Shown here piece after piece: positions 7,390 to 17,022 of a stretch of DNA of 46,502 bases. Position 1 is the stretch's first letter, and each line of letters begins with the position of its first letter. This DNA comes from a virus, in IMG/VR virus record IMGVR_UViG_3300033148_000641, positions 1-46,502 of that record. One strand, given 5' to 3'. The notes beneath the pieces were generated by a model that saw only the letters and a list, made by a program, of their open reading frames with translations, searched no databases and was not told the DNA's origin. A program made the translations under genes and the position numbers.

Positions 7390-8187
7390 TTAAGTAATGA
7401 CCCAACGACCACCAGTGGCAATCGTTACGGTTCTTGTGTCTTCAATAGTAATTGGTCCCGCGCTCATGGCATTCTGATCAGCGGCAACCGTGATGTCTTC
7501 ATCAATGGATTGAGCGTTGAACATGATGGCTTTAACAGCAGCAGTACCTAGGAATTGACCACCGCCACCTAAAGAAACAATTTCAAACCAACCGTTAGCA
7601 GAATCATAAATAAGAGTGATTAATACTCCTGCTTCGATCTGACCTGCTCCAGGATCAATACCGTCTACCGTTTTAATATTTTTAACACCTAGCCCTTCCA
7701 CATTGACAGTGGACGCACCAGTGTTAGAAATATCTGGTCTGAATGTTACGGGTGTGCCGTCAACATAAGAACCTTGAGATACCGAACCAGCCGCTTGACT
7801 TAATACATAAGCATCAGCCGCTCCTGAATCAAGATAATAATTGGTATTGGCTAGAGCAACAGACCATTCAGTAATCGGTGAACTGATAGGATCATTCCCC
7901 GTATTAGCTGCAACTGTACTCTTATATAGAATACCATTGCTACCTTTAACCAATGCTCCCAGAGGATATTCAGTAAGAGTATCCCACTGAGCGATACCCT
8001 GTTCATTGATATGAGCAAGACCCTGAGTGAATAGCTGTTGTAGAAAATTAAAGTTTTCAAAGGTAGGGATTTCAGCCAACCATCCGTCATCATATTTTCC
8101 AGGACTGGTAACATCTGGATCTTCTATATTAGCTCCAGGAGCTCCGGCAGCCCATACTCTTCTTAAATCTGGCTTAGTTGTCGCCAT
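7390..8187 (-). CDS. Tail fibre protein
   Basis: N-terminal pattern DDGWLAEIPTFENFNFLQQLFTQGLAHINEQGIAQWDTLTEYPLGALV..GILYKS is typical of phage fibre N-termini. Position directly after the baseplate genes. Confidence 0.7.
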   Translation of the reverse strand: MATTKPDLRRVWAAGAPGANIEDPDVTSPGKYDDGWLAEIPTFENFNFLQQLFTQGLAHINEQGIAQWDTLTEYPLGALVKGSNGILYKSTVAANTGNDPISSPITEWSVALANTNYYLDSGAADAYVLSQAAGSVSQGSYVDGTPVTFRPDISNTGASTVNVEGLGVKNIKTVDGIDPGAGQIEAGVLITLIYDSANGWFEIVSLGGGGQFLGTAAVKAIMFNAQSIDEDITVAADQNAMSAGPITIEDTRTVTIATGGRWVIT

Positions 8188-8197
8188 ACTATTCTCC

Positions 8198-8902
8198 TTA
8201 CGAAATTATAGAGGCGAATTTACCGCCTATGCTAGAATTATTTACAGAACCGAATCCCAAACTAATCGGGACACCGGCGAAACCAAAAGCCTGAGCCACA
8301 TCATATTCTTGATAACCTACACCAACCGCCGCAACTTTCGGGGCGATATCAGTATTCAATAATAGCGCTTTCTCATTAACAGTCAACACTCTACCGATTT
8401 GAACCGTGTATCTCATTGGTCCATCCAATACGATAACTTGGCTAACATTAAATAGGAATCTAAAGAAAGAAGTTACTTCTTGAATGGTTGGTATAATTGA
8501 ATTCTTTATAATTCTAGATTTTATAAATGCTCTGTACTCAACATCAGTCAAGCGTCTATTACCTACGGTCGATTCATTTATACTTTTAAATCTAGCACCA
8601 ATGCTGGTATCTGCTAACGTACCGAATGAGTCTGCTCCAGCGGCTCCGCTAAATCCAAAATAAGATAATACTGAAGCATCGATTAGAATTCTAGACTGAC
8701 CTACGATAGCGCCGATGATATCTAGATTAACACCTTCAGCAGTATCTATCCATCTCTTTTCTAACAGATCTTGGAATACTTGTTCGAGGGTATCCGCTTC
8801 AACTAGTAACGCTTTTATATACGCGATAAGATTTACAGATTCACTGAACTGAGTAGCTAGCCTGCTTTCCGCTAAAGCGTTATGATCTATCTGAATAGAC
8901 AC
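8198..8902 (-). CDS. Baseplate/tail protein, DUF2612-like
   Basis: RWIDTAEGVNLDIIGAIVGQSR pattern as remembered for DUF2612. Lies immediately downstream of the baseplate J-like gene. Confidence 0.5.
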   Translation of the reverse strand: MSIQIDHNALAESRLATQFSESVNLIAYIKALLVEADTLEQVFQDLLEKRWIDTAEGVNLDIIGAIVGQSRILIDASVLSYFGFSGAAGADSFGTLADTSIGARFKSINESTVGNRRLTDVEYRAFIKSRIIKNSIIPTIQEVTSFFRFLFNVSQVIVLDGPMRYTVQIGRVLTVNEKALLLNTDIAPKVAAVGVGYQEYDVAQAFGFAGVPISLGFGSVNNSSIGGKFASIIS

Positions 8903-10080
8903 TATGAATTCACCACTATATTAGCTGTTGTGAAATTAGATATCTCGGTAATAGCAATAGGTATATCCGCTGTACTAGACGGGGAACCTGAAGTATCGAT
9001 AAACAGGCTATCTACGGTATGACCTTGAACCGTATTTACTGGAGTATATAGTTCCGAATGAATAACATCATCACCAAGATTAAAATCTCTACCGACTATC
9101 AAATCACCATTAGCATAGTCTACGATAGCTTGCTTAATATCCTCGTCACCTGTTACCGGATAATCCCCAAAGACAGTTAGATTGACAATAACATAGATAT
9201 CAACTTCGATAGGTCGTGAGAAAGAAACATCATGCGGAATACCCTGATCATCATCTACTGGTACGGTAGTTGTTCCGAATGGGGTTGCACCTAATGTCTT
9301 CTTCAAGAATATAGCTTCTGCGATATCCGCATCGACACCACCTACAGCGATAACATGAACAGAATGAGCAGGTAAGCCATTTACATCTGGACCGGTATCT
9401 GTATCGTTTTCTAGCACAGTAACCTGAGTGACTCCATTGACCGCTCTTACCTCTGCAAAAATAGCATCTATAATAGCCTGAGCATCACGAGCTACAGACT
9501 GTTCACGTCTAACCCGTAAGTCTACATCTGTTTCTTCATCCGTACCCGCTGTAGCGTCGGCTACATTGGTCACAGTATCCCATCCGGTGATGGGTGTATC
9601 GATTACTGTTAAAGTACCAGCTAGAGCGTCAATAGGACCGGTTACTACCGCAGATGCGAACACTGTGCCATTGCCTCCGCCATCTAGAACCAGATCTTCC
9701 TCTGTTGAGAATTGATCACCTATATCAGACGTACTAACTAAACTACCGGCAGGGATGGTAAGGAGAGCTGTGCCTGTGACAGTTAGATTGGCTCTTGAGC
9801 TAGTTGCTGGGAATCGGATTATACCATTCAGCTGAACTAGATTAGAAAGAGCAACACCTGTCGCAGCAGACGGATTAAATGCGTTATATGATTCTTCGGC
9901 TATTTCCCAAAGATTGGCATTGGACTCAGAAATAACACCGTTGATTTGACCGTCAGGAGATTCTGGAGAAACATTAAAGTTCTCTCCAAATACCGACTTG
10001 ACTTCTGCGTTAATCTCATCAAGCAACTGATCTAATCGTTTACGATTGAAGCCTTCTGGCGATACACCGAAATCAGACAT
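8902..10080 (-). CDS. Baseplate J-like wedge protein
   Basis: 392 aa. Position between the gp25-position protein and the DUF2612-like protein, as in Mu/P2/PBSX-type baseplates. Confidence 0.6.
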   Translation of the reverse strand: MSDFGVSPEGFNRKRLDQLLDEINAEVKSVFGENFNVSPESPDGQINGVISESNANLWEIAEESYNAFNPSAATGVALSNLVQLNGIIRFPATSSRANLTVTGTALLTIPAGSLVSTSDIGDQFSTEEDLVLDGGGNGTVFASAVVTGPIDALAGTLTVIDTPITGWDTVTNVADATAGTDEETDVDLRVRREQSVARDAQAIIDAIFAEVRAVNGVTQVTVLENDTDTGPDVNGLPAHSVHVIAVGGVDADIAEAIFLKKTLGATPFGTTTVPVDDDQGIPHDVSFSRPIEVDIYVIVNLTVFGDYPVTGDEDIKQAIVDYANGDLIVGRDFNLGDDVIHSELYTPVNTVQGHTVDSLFIDTSGSPSSTADIPIAITEISNFTTANIVVNS

Positions 10081-10438
10081 TGATAGTCACCTGTTCATTG
10101 TTGATCGAACCGAAGGTAGTTTTCGCAGAGAATGTAACTGTTAATTTTCTCTTTGACTCGCCTTCATAATTTAGAGCAAAATTGGTAAGAAGTTCAACAC
10201 CTGTAGTGTTTAATATTCTTGTTTTAAATATAGATTCTATATTAGCTAAGTTCGCAGGTTTTGTAAATACTTCTTGAAAATAAGGTGTGCCCGAATTCAA
10301 ATCTAGGAACCATTCTTCAAGATAAAACTGCAAACGAGTTCGAACATGCTGAATCGTTTCAGCAGCATCTTCAACCACTCTTAATCGACCTTCGCTAACA
10401 ATCAAATCATTGTTAGAATCTAATGCTCTTCCTATCAT
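10073..10438 (-). CDS. Small baseplate wedge protein (gp25/XkdS position)
   Basis: 121 aa with IQHVRTRLQFYLEEWFLDLNSGTPY pattern. Overlapping starts/stops with both neighbours. Confidence 0.45.
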   Translation of the reverse strand: MIGRALDSNNDLIVSEGRLRVVEDAAETIQHVRTRLQFYLEEWFLDLNSGTPYFQEVFTKPANLANIESIFKTRILNTTGVELLTNFALNYEGESKRKLTVTFSAKTTFGSINNEQVTINV

Positions 10439-11193
10439 ACCGGAGCTCCTGTATTTGATTGAGCGCCTGTTGGTGCAGAAGGAGAACCAATATGAGTATG
10501 ACCTCCCATCTCTTTACCACCAACAGCCAAACTAGATGAAGCTGTAACGCTAGTTGAGTTAACAGCTGTGATGTTACCCGTTGGAGCAGTGACTACACCT
10601 GTCACATCTAATGTACCATTAACCGTTACATTACCGTTCAGGGTTATTGTGGGTGCGGTTATTGCTACATTAACATCTGCGTCCAATGCCGCTGAACCGC
10701 TTGCCAATAATGTAAACTTAACTGAACCATCGTCTTTCTTTAATTGAACATTGGTCGTGTCATAATTAGGTATCTTATTAACCATTGATGATATACCGAC
10801 AAAAGCAGTAGCATCAGAAAGATCATGAAAACGTCTAGCTCCTGGAGTTTTAACTCCACCGAACTTATGCCAGTTATCTATGGAACGTTCACAAAATACT
10901 AACAAACATTCATCGCCCTTTTTAACAGGGAATGTCAATGAGAAACCGCCGCCTCTAGGAAATTGAACCGGTACGTTAATCAGGATCGGTAGATCGGTCG
11001 GCGTTAGTAACTCTGTGTCGCCATCATTCGTTTTGAATATCCTTTTAATAGCAGGTTGAACAGTAGCTAATTGAGTCGTACCATCGAAACTAACAATGAT
11101 TCCTGGAAGAGAAGTATGTGTATCCTTTAAACGAGAGTCTATACCTTTCTTAATATTAGAAGCTAGTGTAGCTAGAGCGTCATCATTAAACAT
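10435..11193 (-). CDS. Baseplate central spike (gpV/Gp138 N-domain-like)
   Basis: LPGIIVSFDGTTQLATVQPAIKR OB-like N-terminus, a beta-helical Thr/Val/Asn-rich middle, and a C-terminal GGHTHIG HxH apex motif. Confidence 0.6.
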   Translation of the reverse strand: MFNDDALATLASNIKKGIDSRLKDTHTSLPGIIVSFDGTTQLATVQPAIKRIFKTNDGDTELLTPTDLPILINVPVQFPRGGGFSLTFPVKKGDECLLVFCERSIDNWHKFGGVKTPGARRFHDLSDATAFVGISSMVNKIPNYDTTNVQLKKDDGSVKFTLLASGSAALDADVNVAITAPTITLNGNVTVNGTLDVTGVVTAPTGNITAVNSTSVTASSSLAVGGKEMGGHTHIGSPSAPTGAQSNTGAPV

Positions 11194-12052
11194 TTATAGA
11201 TATCCCTTTAACAGAAGATAACCAGTCGCCATCTCTAGAGTCACCTTTAAATATAACTTCTTGAACCTTATATAGACCTTCTGCGTTTGTCTTCTTTACT
11301 TCTCTGAAATGTAAGTTACCTAATTGGACATCAGCATTAACAGATTCGATCTTATACGCCCTGTTAGGTAATAGCCTAGGATTCAGTAGGGTAGTTACGT
11401 CAGCACCGATTTCAGTTATAGTAGGCGACCCAATCATACCTGTAGCCGCATTAATCAGAACAGCTTCATCGCCTTGTAATGGTTCTTCTATAGGTATGAT
11501 ATTAACTTCACCGTCTTGAATACTCCAATTAAACCCGTACTCTTCAGCAAATTGATCCAATATATCTTTAGAAGAACCTGAAAGAGTTTGACCTCTAAGT
11601 TTATCGGCTACTGTTGGTAAACCTTCAACCACACCGACTGTGACTTCATCAAATGTTTTAAGGACATCCTTGATAGCCGCGCTTATAGAAACGCTCTCGG
11701 TGAATGTTTTATTGAATGACGCATTCTGCCAATCTCTTTCACCGTCCCCCGCGTAAATAGTTACTAGTCTATCTACTCCATTTTTACTTTGGAACACGTT
11801 ACGAATTTCACCTTTGAACAATAATCTAACGTCACCTTCATATCCTGCGTTTAAGATAAGCTTAGTGAATTTCTTTTGTAAGACTGAAAGGGTATCTTCG
11901 TTTGGATTGTATATAACAATTTTAGCCAGATTAGGGAAACTAAGAATGCTCTTAGTTATTTCAAAAGTAATACGTAGACCACGGATAACCCTGCTATCCC
12001 CAGTATCTGGGATTACCGTTAAGTCATATACCCTTTTGTATTGCCTAGCCAC
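11186..12052 (-). CDS. Baseplate hub protein (gp44/XkdQ position)
   Basis: 288 aa, located just upstream of the spike gene. Motifs LRITFEITKS...AKIVIYNPNEDT...LNAGYEGD. Confidence 0.5.
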   Translation of the reverse strand: MARQYKRVYDLTVIPDTGDSRVIRGLRITFEITKSILSFPNLAKIVIYNPNEDTLSVLQKKFTKLILNAGYEGDVRLLFKGEIRNVFQSKNGVDRLVTIYAGDGERDWQNASFNKTFTESVSISAAIKDVLKTFDEVTVGVVEGLPTVADKLRGQTLSGSSKDILDQFAEEYGFNWSIQDGEVNIIPIEEPLQGDEAVLINAATGMIGSPTITEIGADVTTLLNPRLLPNRAYKIESVNADVQLGNLHFREVKKTNAEGLYKVQEVIFKGDSRDGDWLSSVKGISINV

Positions 12053-12374
12053 CTACTACCTCTGCATCAGTTAGCATAAATAGTTTCGCCCCTGTTCCTA
12101 GATTGGTCTTACTGGGATCCAATTTAGAATTGTCAAGATTGACCATATACATATTTTCTATCGGTAGATTATACTGATTCAATATATCTATCCCACCTAG
12201 GATAGCAACGCCGTTGACTATGTCCGTTCCGTTCTGAGCAAACGAAATACCCCATACTCCGGTTCTAGAATTTAAAGCTACTCGGACGTCATAGGTTTCT
12301 TCATTTAGAACTATAGAAAATACCTGCTCAGCTCCAGAAGTTAATGGGATTTCAATCATTATCCACCTACCCAA
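12045..12374 (-). CDS. Hypothetical tail/baseplate assembly protein
   Basis: 109-aa ORF overlapping both neighbours within the tail module. Confidence 0.5.
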   Translation of the reverse strand: MGRWIMIEIPLTSGAEQVFSIVLNEETYDVRVALNSRTGVWGISFAQNGTDIVNGVAILGGIDILNQYNLPIENMYMVNLDNSKLDPSKTNLGTGAKLFMLTDAEVVGG

Positions 12375-12973
12375 TTAATAACAGATTTTAATACGGACGT
12401 CTTAGTGGTATCGGTTGGAACCACTGCTTCCTGTCGACCTTTCTTTTCAGCTGAAGAACCTTGTTCTCTAGGGGAACCCGCTTCTAACTGAGCAGGAGTC
12501 AATTGAATAACTTCTGATTCAGTTATGAGAACTTCTTCTAATGAGATATTCATTGTAGCTACTCTAGAACTATCTTTATCTTGAGTAGTCGTGATACCCG
12601 TTATCAACATGTCTTGATAAAGTTTCAATCTGGTTTGAACTTCAATAGGCTCTCTAGATTCTTGCAGTTGTACCATTGCGTTATAGGCCGCATTACTACG
12701 AGTTATATTATCCGTAGTGGCTGTGCCAAATAGACCGGTTATTAAATCTACAATCTGACCAAACGCTGCGACACCTAAAGGAGTATCTGAAACTTCAGCT
12801 AAGATATTAAGTCTCTTAGGTTCTATGATAGCGTGATCAGTTATGTCCGCCCCAAGTTCTACAGGGTTTGTAGTCTTGCGAACAGCATTGGTATGAGTCT
12901 CAGTTATGATCGCATCTAATCGGATACCGCCGATAGATTTCTTAACCCTTACGAATAAGTTTTCAAAAGCCAT
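12359..12973 (-). CDS. Hypothetical tail protein (gene position following the tape measure)
   Basis: 204-aa ORF. Its start abuts the tape-measure stop. Confidence 0.5.
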   Translation of the reverse strand: MAFENLFVRVKKSIGGIRLDAIITETHTNAVRKTTNPVELGADITDHAIIEPKRLNILAEVSDTPLGVAAFGQIVDLITGLFGTATTDNITRSNAAYNAMVQLQESREPIEVQTRLKLYQDMLITGITTTQDKDSSRVATMNISLEEVLITESEVIQLTPAQLEAGSPREQGSSAEKKGRQEAVVPTDTTKTSVLKSVINWVGG

Positions 12974-14361
12974 TATTGATCCACCGATGAGTTGAGGTCT
13001 TGCGAGGCTTGCTGGAATGTGTTGAATACTGCATTAGCGATATTCTCAGCAGTATCAGCACCTCCTTGAATTATAATTTCCAGTTTCTCTATAGCTGTCT
13101 TGCGAAGATCAGTACCTAGCTGAGAAGCTTCTGCGATAATACCACCTTCAGCGGTAGCTCCACTCGCTTGTAGTAACGCTGATATTGGTCCTCCTGTTGC
13201 GAGAATATCTTTAACTTCGTCAAGACCACCTTCACCTTTAAATAATTTGAATATAGCTGACCATGATTCAAATATATTATCGGTCAAATCTGATACGATT
13301 TTTAATGCTGAAGCGGCTAGTTCTATTTGAGTAGTCCAATCAGGAAACTGTTTAACCATTTCTCCTATGAAGCTTTCTCCACCTTCAAAGAATACTTTAG
13401 CATCTTCTACCAAAGCAGCAAAGGCTATAGCACCCGCAGCAATCAGAGCAGGTAATAGGAACGCGGCTGCGTTTGCGGCCAGTGTGGCTACTGTTAGCCC
13501 TTTTAACAGGGATACCAACGCTACCAAGTGACCAACGAGCCTGAAAGCAATAAACGCCCCTACAGCAATCGATAGGAGCTTCATAGCCATTGTGAATTGA
13601 TCAATCCACTTTGGTAAATTCAGTTCTATGATTTCCCTATTGGTTTTCCACCATTCGGTAAACTTATCATTAGATTCTTTAAGTATTGGGGCAAGGCTTC
13701 TTGAAAATGTTCTAGCTAATGATTTGGTGATCTGCCAGATATCAGTCAGAGAGTCCTGAAACTCCTCAGCAATAGCAGCATCCTCACCAGTGGTAACACC
13801 AAGGGCTTCAGCTTCCATAGTTAGTTCACGGATAGCTGACGGACCTTGTTGCAGCAATAAGATAGAATCACGAAGACCTAGCTTATCGGCTAGTTCAATC
13901 TGTCTGGATTTACCTAACCCTTGGAATCTCTGAGAGACTTCTAATAATAGGTCACTGGTTTTCTTAACCTTACCTTCAGCGTCTGTTGAGGATATACCGA
14001 GGATACCAAATGCTTCGACACCTGAACCTACTCCTCTAGCTGCTTCCCCTGCTCGTATAGCCAATTGACGTAGGTTGTTGGTCATACCGTCGCCAGTACC
14101 ACCCGCTCTCTTCAGAGCAAATTGTAAAGCATCGATATTCTCAACAGTATCGCCGATTTCACTAGCGAGCTTTCCTTGCTCATCCGTAGCTCGGGTCGAT
14201 GCGACTGTAAGGCTTGTTATTGCAGCAGCACCGGCTATCGCGACTTTAGCTAAATCCTTAATGATACTGACAGTCTTTTCGACATCCTCATTGAACTGCT
14301 TTGCTTCTTCGGGATCATATTCAAATCCCAATCCTACTAGCAATTCATCAATCAATGGCAT
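12973..14361 (-). CDS. Tail tape measure protein
   Basis: 462 aa, Ala/Leu/Gly-rich helical protein with a central hydrophobic block (AFIAFRLVGHLVALVSLL...AAAFLLPALIAAGAIAFAAL). Follows the chaperone pair. Confidence 0.75.
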   Translation of the reverse strand: MPLIDELLVGLGFEYDPEEAKQFNEDVEKTVSIIKDLAKVAIAGAAAITSLTVASTRATDEQGKLASEIGDTVENIDALQFALKRAGGTGDGMTNNLRQLAIRAGEAARGVGSGVEAFGILGISSTDAEGKVKKTSDLLLEVSQRFQGLGKSRQIELADKLGLRDSILLLQQGPSAIRELTMEAEALGVTTGEDAAIAEEFQDSLTDIWQITKSLARTFSRSLAPILKESNDKFTEWWKTNREIIELNLPKWIDQFTMAMKLLSIAVGAFIAFRLVGHLVALVSLLKGLTVATLAANAAAFLLPALIAAGAIAFAALVEDAKVFFEGGESFIGEMVKQFPDWTTQIELAASALKIVSDLTDNIFESWSAIFKLFKGEGGLDEVKDILATGGPISALLQASGATAEGGIIAEASQLGTDLRKTAIEKLEIIIQGGADTAENIANAVFNTFQQASQDLNSSVDQ

Positions 14362-14362
14362 G

Positions 14363-14982
14363 TCACTTCACCTTCGGTTTAGGTGCTAGACTCAGTTTCA
14401 AATCTAACAACTCATTCATTAAACTAACGTCTTCTATAGAGTATGTTCCGTCTTCTAATTCTTTCAAAGAACACATTGGAGGGTCGGTCAACAATGGTCT
14501 ATGTAAGAAAGAATCTACATTCGGAAAAAGCGTCGCATCTATAGATTTTCCTTTGCTTTGGCCAGAAGACGCTCTGCCAACTGGCCGTTCATTAAATTTG
14601 AGTAATTAACCTTTAGGACGAACATAAATACTTTATATACTTCCATCAAGTCATCACCAGAAAACAACTCATCGAATGAACTAGATGTAATCTTCTTTTC
14701 ATCATAAGCAACACCTATGACGCATTCTTTGATTAACCCTACAACTTCATCTGGAGAATTGTTTTGGAATAAGGTGGACAATCCATCTGACAACGCTTTT
14801 GCATCGTTACTTGAAGTGTCCTTCTTTTTACTATCATTAGAAAAGTTAGAAGCAATCAGAGCAATACTAGCTCCGAACATCTTAACTAATCTGATCTTAA
14901 CAGACATGGCTCTTGTTGCTGGCCATTGGGTGACACTTACTTCATGATCCCCTATCTGTTCTGTTTCTGTTTTACAACTCAT
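14363..14982 (-). CDS. Tail assembly chaperone, -1 frameshift product (GT-like; about 206 aa)
   Basis: The -1 frame is open from the slippery site at 14593..14599 to a TGA at 14363..14365, 1 nt upstream of the tape-measure start codon (ATG at 14361..14359). Confidence 0.6.
14539..14982 (-). CDS. Tail assembly chaperone (G-like, frame-0 product)
   Basis: 147-aa ORF between the tube and tape measure genes. Confidence 0.7.
   Translation of the reverse strand: MSCKTETEQIGDHEVSVTQWPATRAMSVKIRLVKMFGASIALIASNFSNDSKKKDTSSNDAKALSDGLSTLFQNNSPDEVVGLIKECVIGVAYDEKKITSSSFDELFSGDDLMEVYKVFMFVLKVNYSNLMNGQLAERLLAKAKENL
14560..14599 (-). promoter_or_regulatory. Programmed -1 frameshift signal: heptamer A_AAT_TTA plus downstream hairpin
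   Basis: Coding strand reads TC A AAT TTA ATGAAC GGCCAG-N15-CTGGCC. Heptamer at 14593..14599. 6-nt spacer. 6-bp GC-rich stem at 14560..14586. Confidence 0.6.
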
Positions 14983-15009
14983 AATAATCTCTCCGGTCGT
15001 AGATTATAA

Positions 15010-15090
15010 CCGGCCTGTATAAAATAAATCCTGGAAGCGGCTACTGCGAACAAGGCCGGAATCATTTGTAGTAGTTTTACCCACTTCCAG
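15010..15090 (-). other. Interleaved helices (H-type pseudoknot topology) in the tube-chaperone intergenic region
   Basis: CCGGCCT (15010..15016) pairs with AGGCCGG (15053..15059), perfect. CTGGAAGCGG (15031..15040) pairs with CCACTTCCAG (15081..15090), with one G-U pair on the minus-strand RNA. Confidence 0.4.
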
Positions 15091-15098
15091 AAAACTCT

Positions 15099-15518
15099 TT
15101 ATGCTCCTAGATGAAGCATGTCCAAACGCTCAACAGTGATAATCCACTCCTGAGAATTAGCATTAGTACCACGAATCATATCAGCGGGTTTAGCGATATA
15201 GCCCTGAGTACCAGATCCTAGATCACCTCCTTTGGTATCTTTAAATTGAACAAAGATAGGTACGAATGCACCGTTCTCAGCAGCATTAACAAGACCGGAC
15301 AGGTACTCATTAGAATCAGCGGTTTGCATGGTTCTAAAGGTAACTGTACCAGAACGGTCAGCACTGATTGAAAGAGACATTTCACCGTCTGATCCAATCT
15401 TATGTGATGAGGAATCATTGATACGAGCTAGTTGGATAACATCATCGCCCTCATCAAAGCCGTTAATCTCAACACCATTAACTAGTAATAGCGTATTTAG
15501 GAAGCTATATTCTTTCAT
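15099..15518 (-). CDS. Tail tube protein
   Basis: 139-aa ORF directly downstream of the sheath-sized gene and upstream of the chaperone and tape measure genes. Confidence 0.65.
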   Translation of the reverse strand: MKEYSFLNTLLLVNGVEINGFDEGDDVIQLARINDSSSHKIGSDGEMSLSISADRSGTVTFRTMQTADSNEYLSGLVNAAENGAFVPIFVQFKDTKGGDLGSGTQGYIAKPADMIRGTNANSQEWIITVERLDMLHLGA

Positions 15519-15529
15519 CGGTATTCTCC

Positions 15530-17020
15530 TTATCTCTCAAATACGCCGTTAATTTGAACACTGTGAATAGCTCCAGCGCCCAATACTATAAAACTCAATC
15601 CAGGATAATGGCGAGCTTCAACATCTGACTGGTTGATATCCTCAACAGGGATAACGGTAGTCTCATAACCATTAGGAAGGAAGACACCGTCAATTGTTTC
15701 TCCTGGAGCTATAAGGCCGTTGCGAACCGCTTCATCCAGTGCTTTGATAACCTGCTGCTCAACAGCTGCTGTACCCTTATTAGTATAGGGGACTTTAGTC
15801 GTACGAGTTAGGAGGTATCCGAATACGTTAGTTTCGATAGCATTTTGAAGCCAGTCGATACCATGTACTTCGTCAAAGAATACACCGCTTGCCATAAACG
15901 ATTCAGCGAACATAAAGCTCCCGCCAACATCGATGAGCGCGTTACCGTTCTTAGAATCAAGAACTGATTTCTGGCTAGAAGTCAAATCCTCAACTGTAAT
16001 TCCAGGCATCTGCTTAAACTTGAGAGTGATAGTGCTGTCGGCCTGATTAAAGTTAACAGTGAATGCACGACCCAAGATAGAAGCTGAAGGATACTGATCA
16101 GGATATGAACTAAAGGTTGTAATGGTACGACGATAGCTTGCCAGTTTAAGAACCGAAGCGATATCAGTAGTGGTTACACTGTCCAAAACATCTAGATCAT
16201 TGGAAGTATTACCGAATACTTTAACACGAGCCTCAGCCCATGCAGCCGCAGCAACAACTGAGTCTTCACCGTTAATCTGTACTAGATCACGAACTTCCTT
16301 GGTGAATAAGAAACCATACCAGTCGGAACTCACATTCTGAATAGCATTAAGAGAAGCTGTGATGGTCTCAGCAGCGATACCATCTACCTTAGTACCTTCA
16401 CCTTGCATCATTTGCAGTAGTGATGAGATATCAGTACCGACAGCAGGGTCAACAGGAATCAGGAAGTTAATAGTAGATGTGACGCCAGTAGTACCCGAGT
16501 TAATAAAGAAACGACCGCTGTCATAAACACAAGTCGCAGCAGAGAAGCCCCCTGTACCGATAGCCTGTAGAGCGCTTTCAATAATCACGGCTACTGCATC
16601 CAGATCTGCTGCTCCTGAGAAATTCATTGCTGAAATATCTTCTGCAGTAGCGCCGTCAATAGTGATATTAAATTCACCGTCGGTAATAGCGTTAAAGATA
16701 GCTAGGTTGGTCGCGTCATCTACAACTGAACCACCGCGCAGTTGAGCGGATTGAGCTGTTGGATAACGAGTAGATACTCGAAGATGAGTTGGTTTTGGTT
16801 GCTGACTGAAATAAGCTGTAGCAGCTGCTACGACTTCAGAATCAGCCGGCCAATCAGCAGTTACGCCATCTAAGTTTGTATATGAACGAATACGTTCGGC
16901 AATACCAATAACACCAGTCTCAGCGGTGATGATATTTAGAGTGCCGAACCCTGCTCTAGCTGGAAAGACAGCACCGATAGCGATGCTGACATTCACCACA
17001 CTTGAAACTGGGATTGTCAT
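15530..17020 (-). CDS. Tail sheath protein (DUF3383-like)
   Basis: 496 aa. Gene order sheath-tube-chaperone-tape measure is typical of contractile tails. Confidence 0.65.
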   Translation of the reverse strand: MTIPVSSVVNVSIAIGAVFPARAGFGTLNIITAETGVIGIAERIRSYTNLDGVTADWPADSEVVAAATAYFSQQPKPTHLRVSTRYPTAQSAQLRGGSVVDDATNLAIFNAITDGEFNITIDGATAEDISAMNFSGAADLDAVAVIIESALQAIGTGGFSAATCVYDSGRFFINSGTTGVTSTINFLIPVDPAVGTDISSLLQMMQGEGTKVDGIAAETITASLNAIQNVSSDWYGFLFTKEVRDLVQINGEDSVVAAAAWAEARVKVFGNTSNDLDVLDSVTTTDIASVLKLASYRRTITTFSSYPDQYPSASILGRAFTVNFNQADSTITLKFKQMPGITVEDLTSSQKSVLDSKNGNALIDVGGSFMFAESFMASGVFFDEVHGIDWLQNAIETNVFGYLLTRTTKVPYTNKGTAAVEQQVIKALDEAVRNGLIAPGETIDGVFLPNGYETTVIPVEDINQSDVEARHYPGLSFIVLGAGAIHSVQINGVFER

Positions 17021-17022
17021 GG

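Noticed and set aside
7379-7405. Upstream extension of the first fibre-associated paralog (131-aa version)
   Set aside because: The extension lies inside the fibre gene. The ATG at 7378 follows AGGAGA at proper spacing and gives an MS- N-terminus like the other two paralogs.
14075-14609. Plus-strand ORFs 14075..14389 and 14301..14609
   Set aside because: They are antisense shadows of the tape-measure gene and of the chaperone frameshift extension. The minus-strand -1 frame explains the open reading window.
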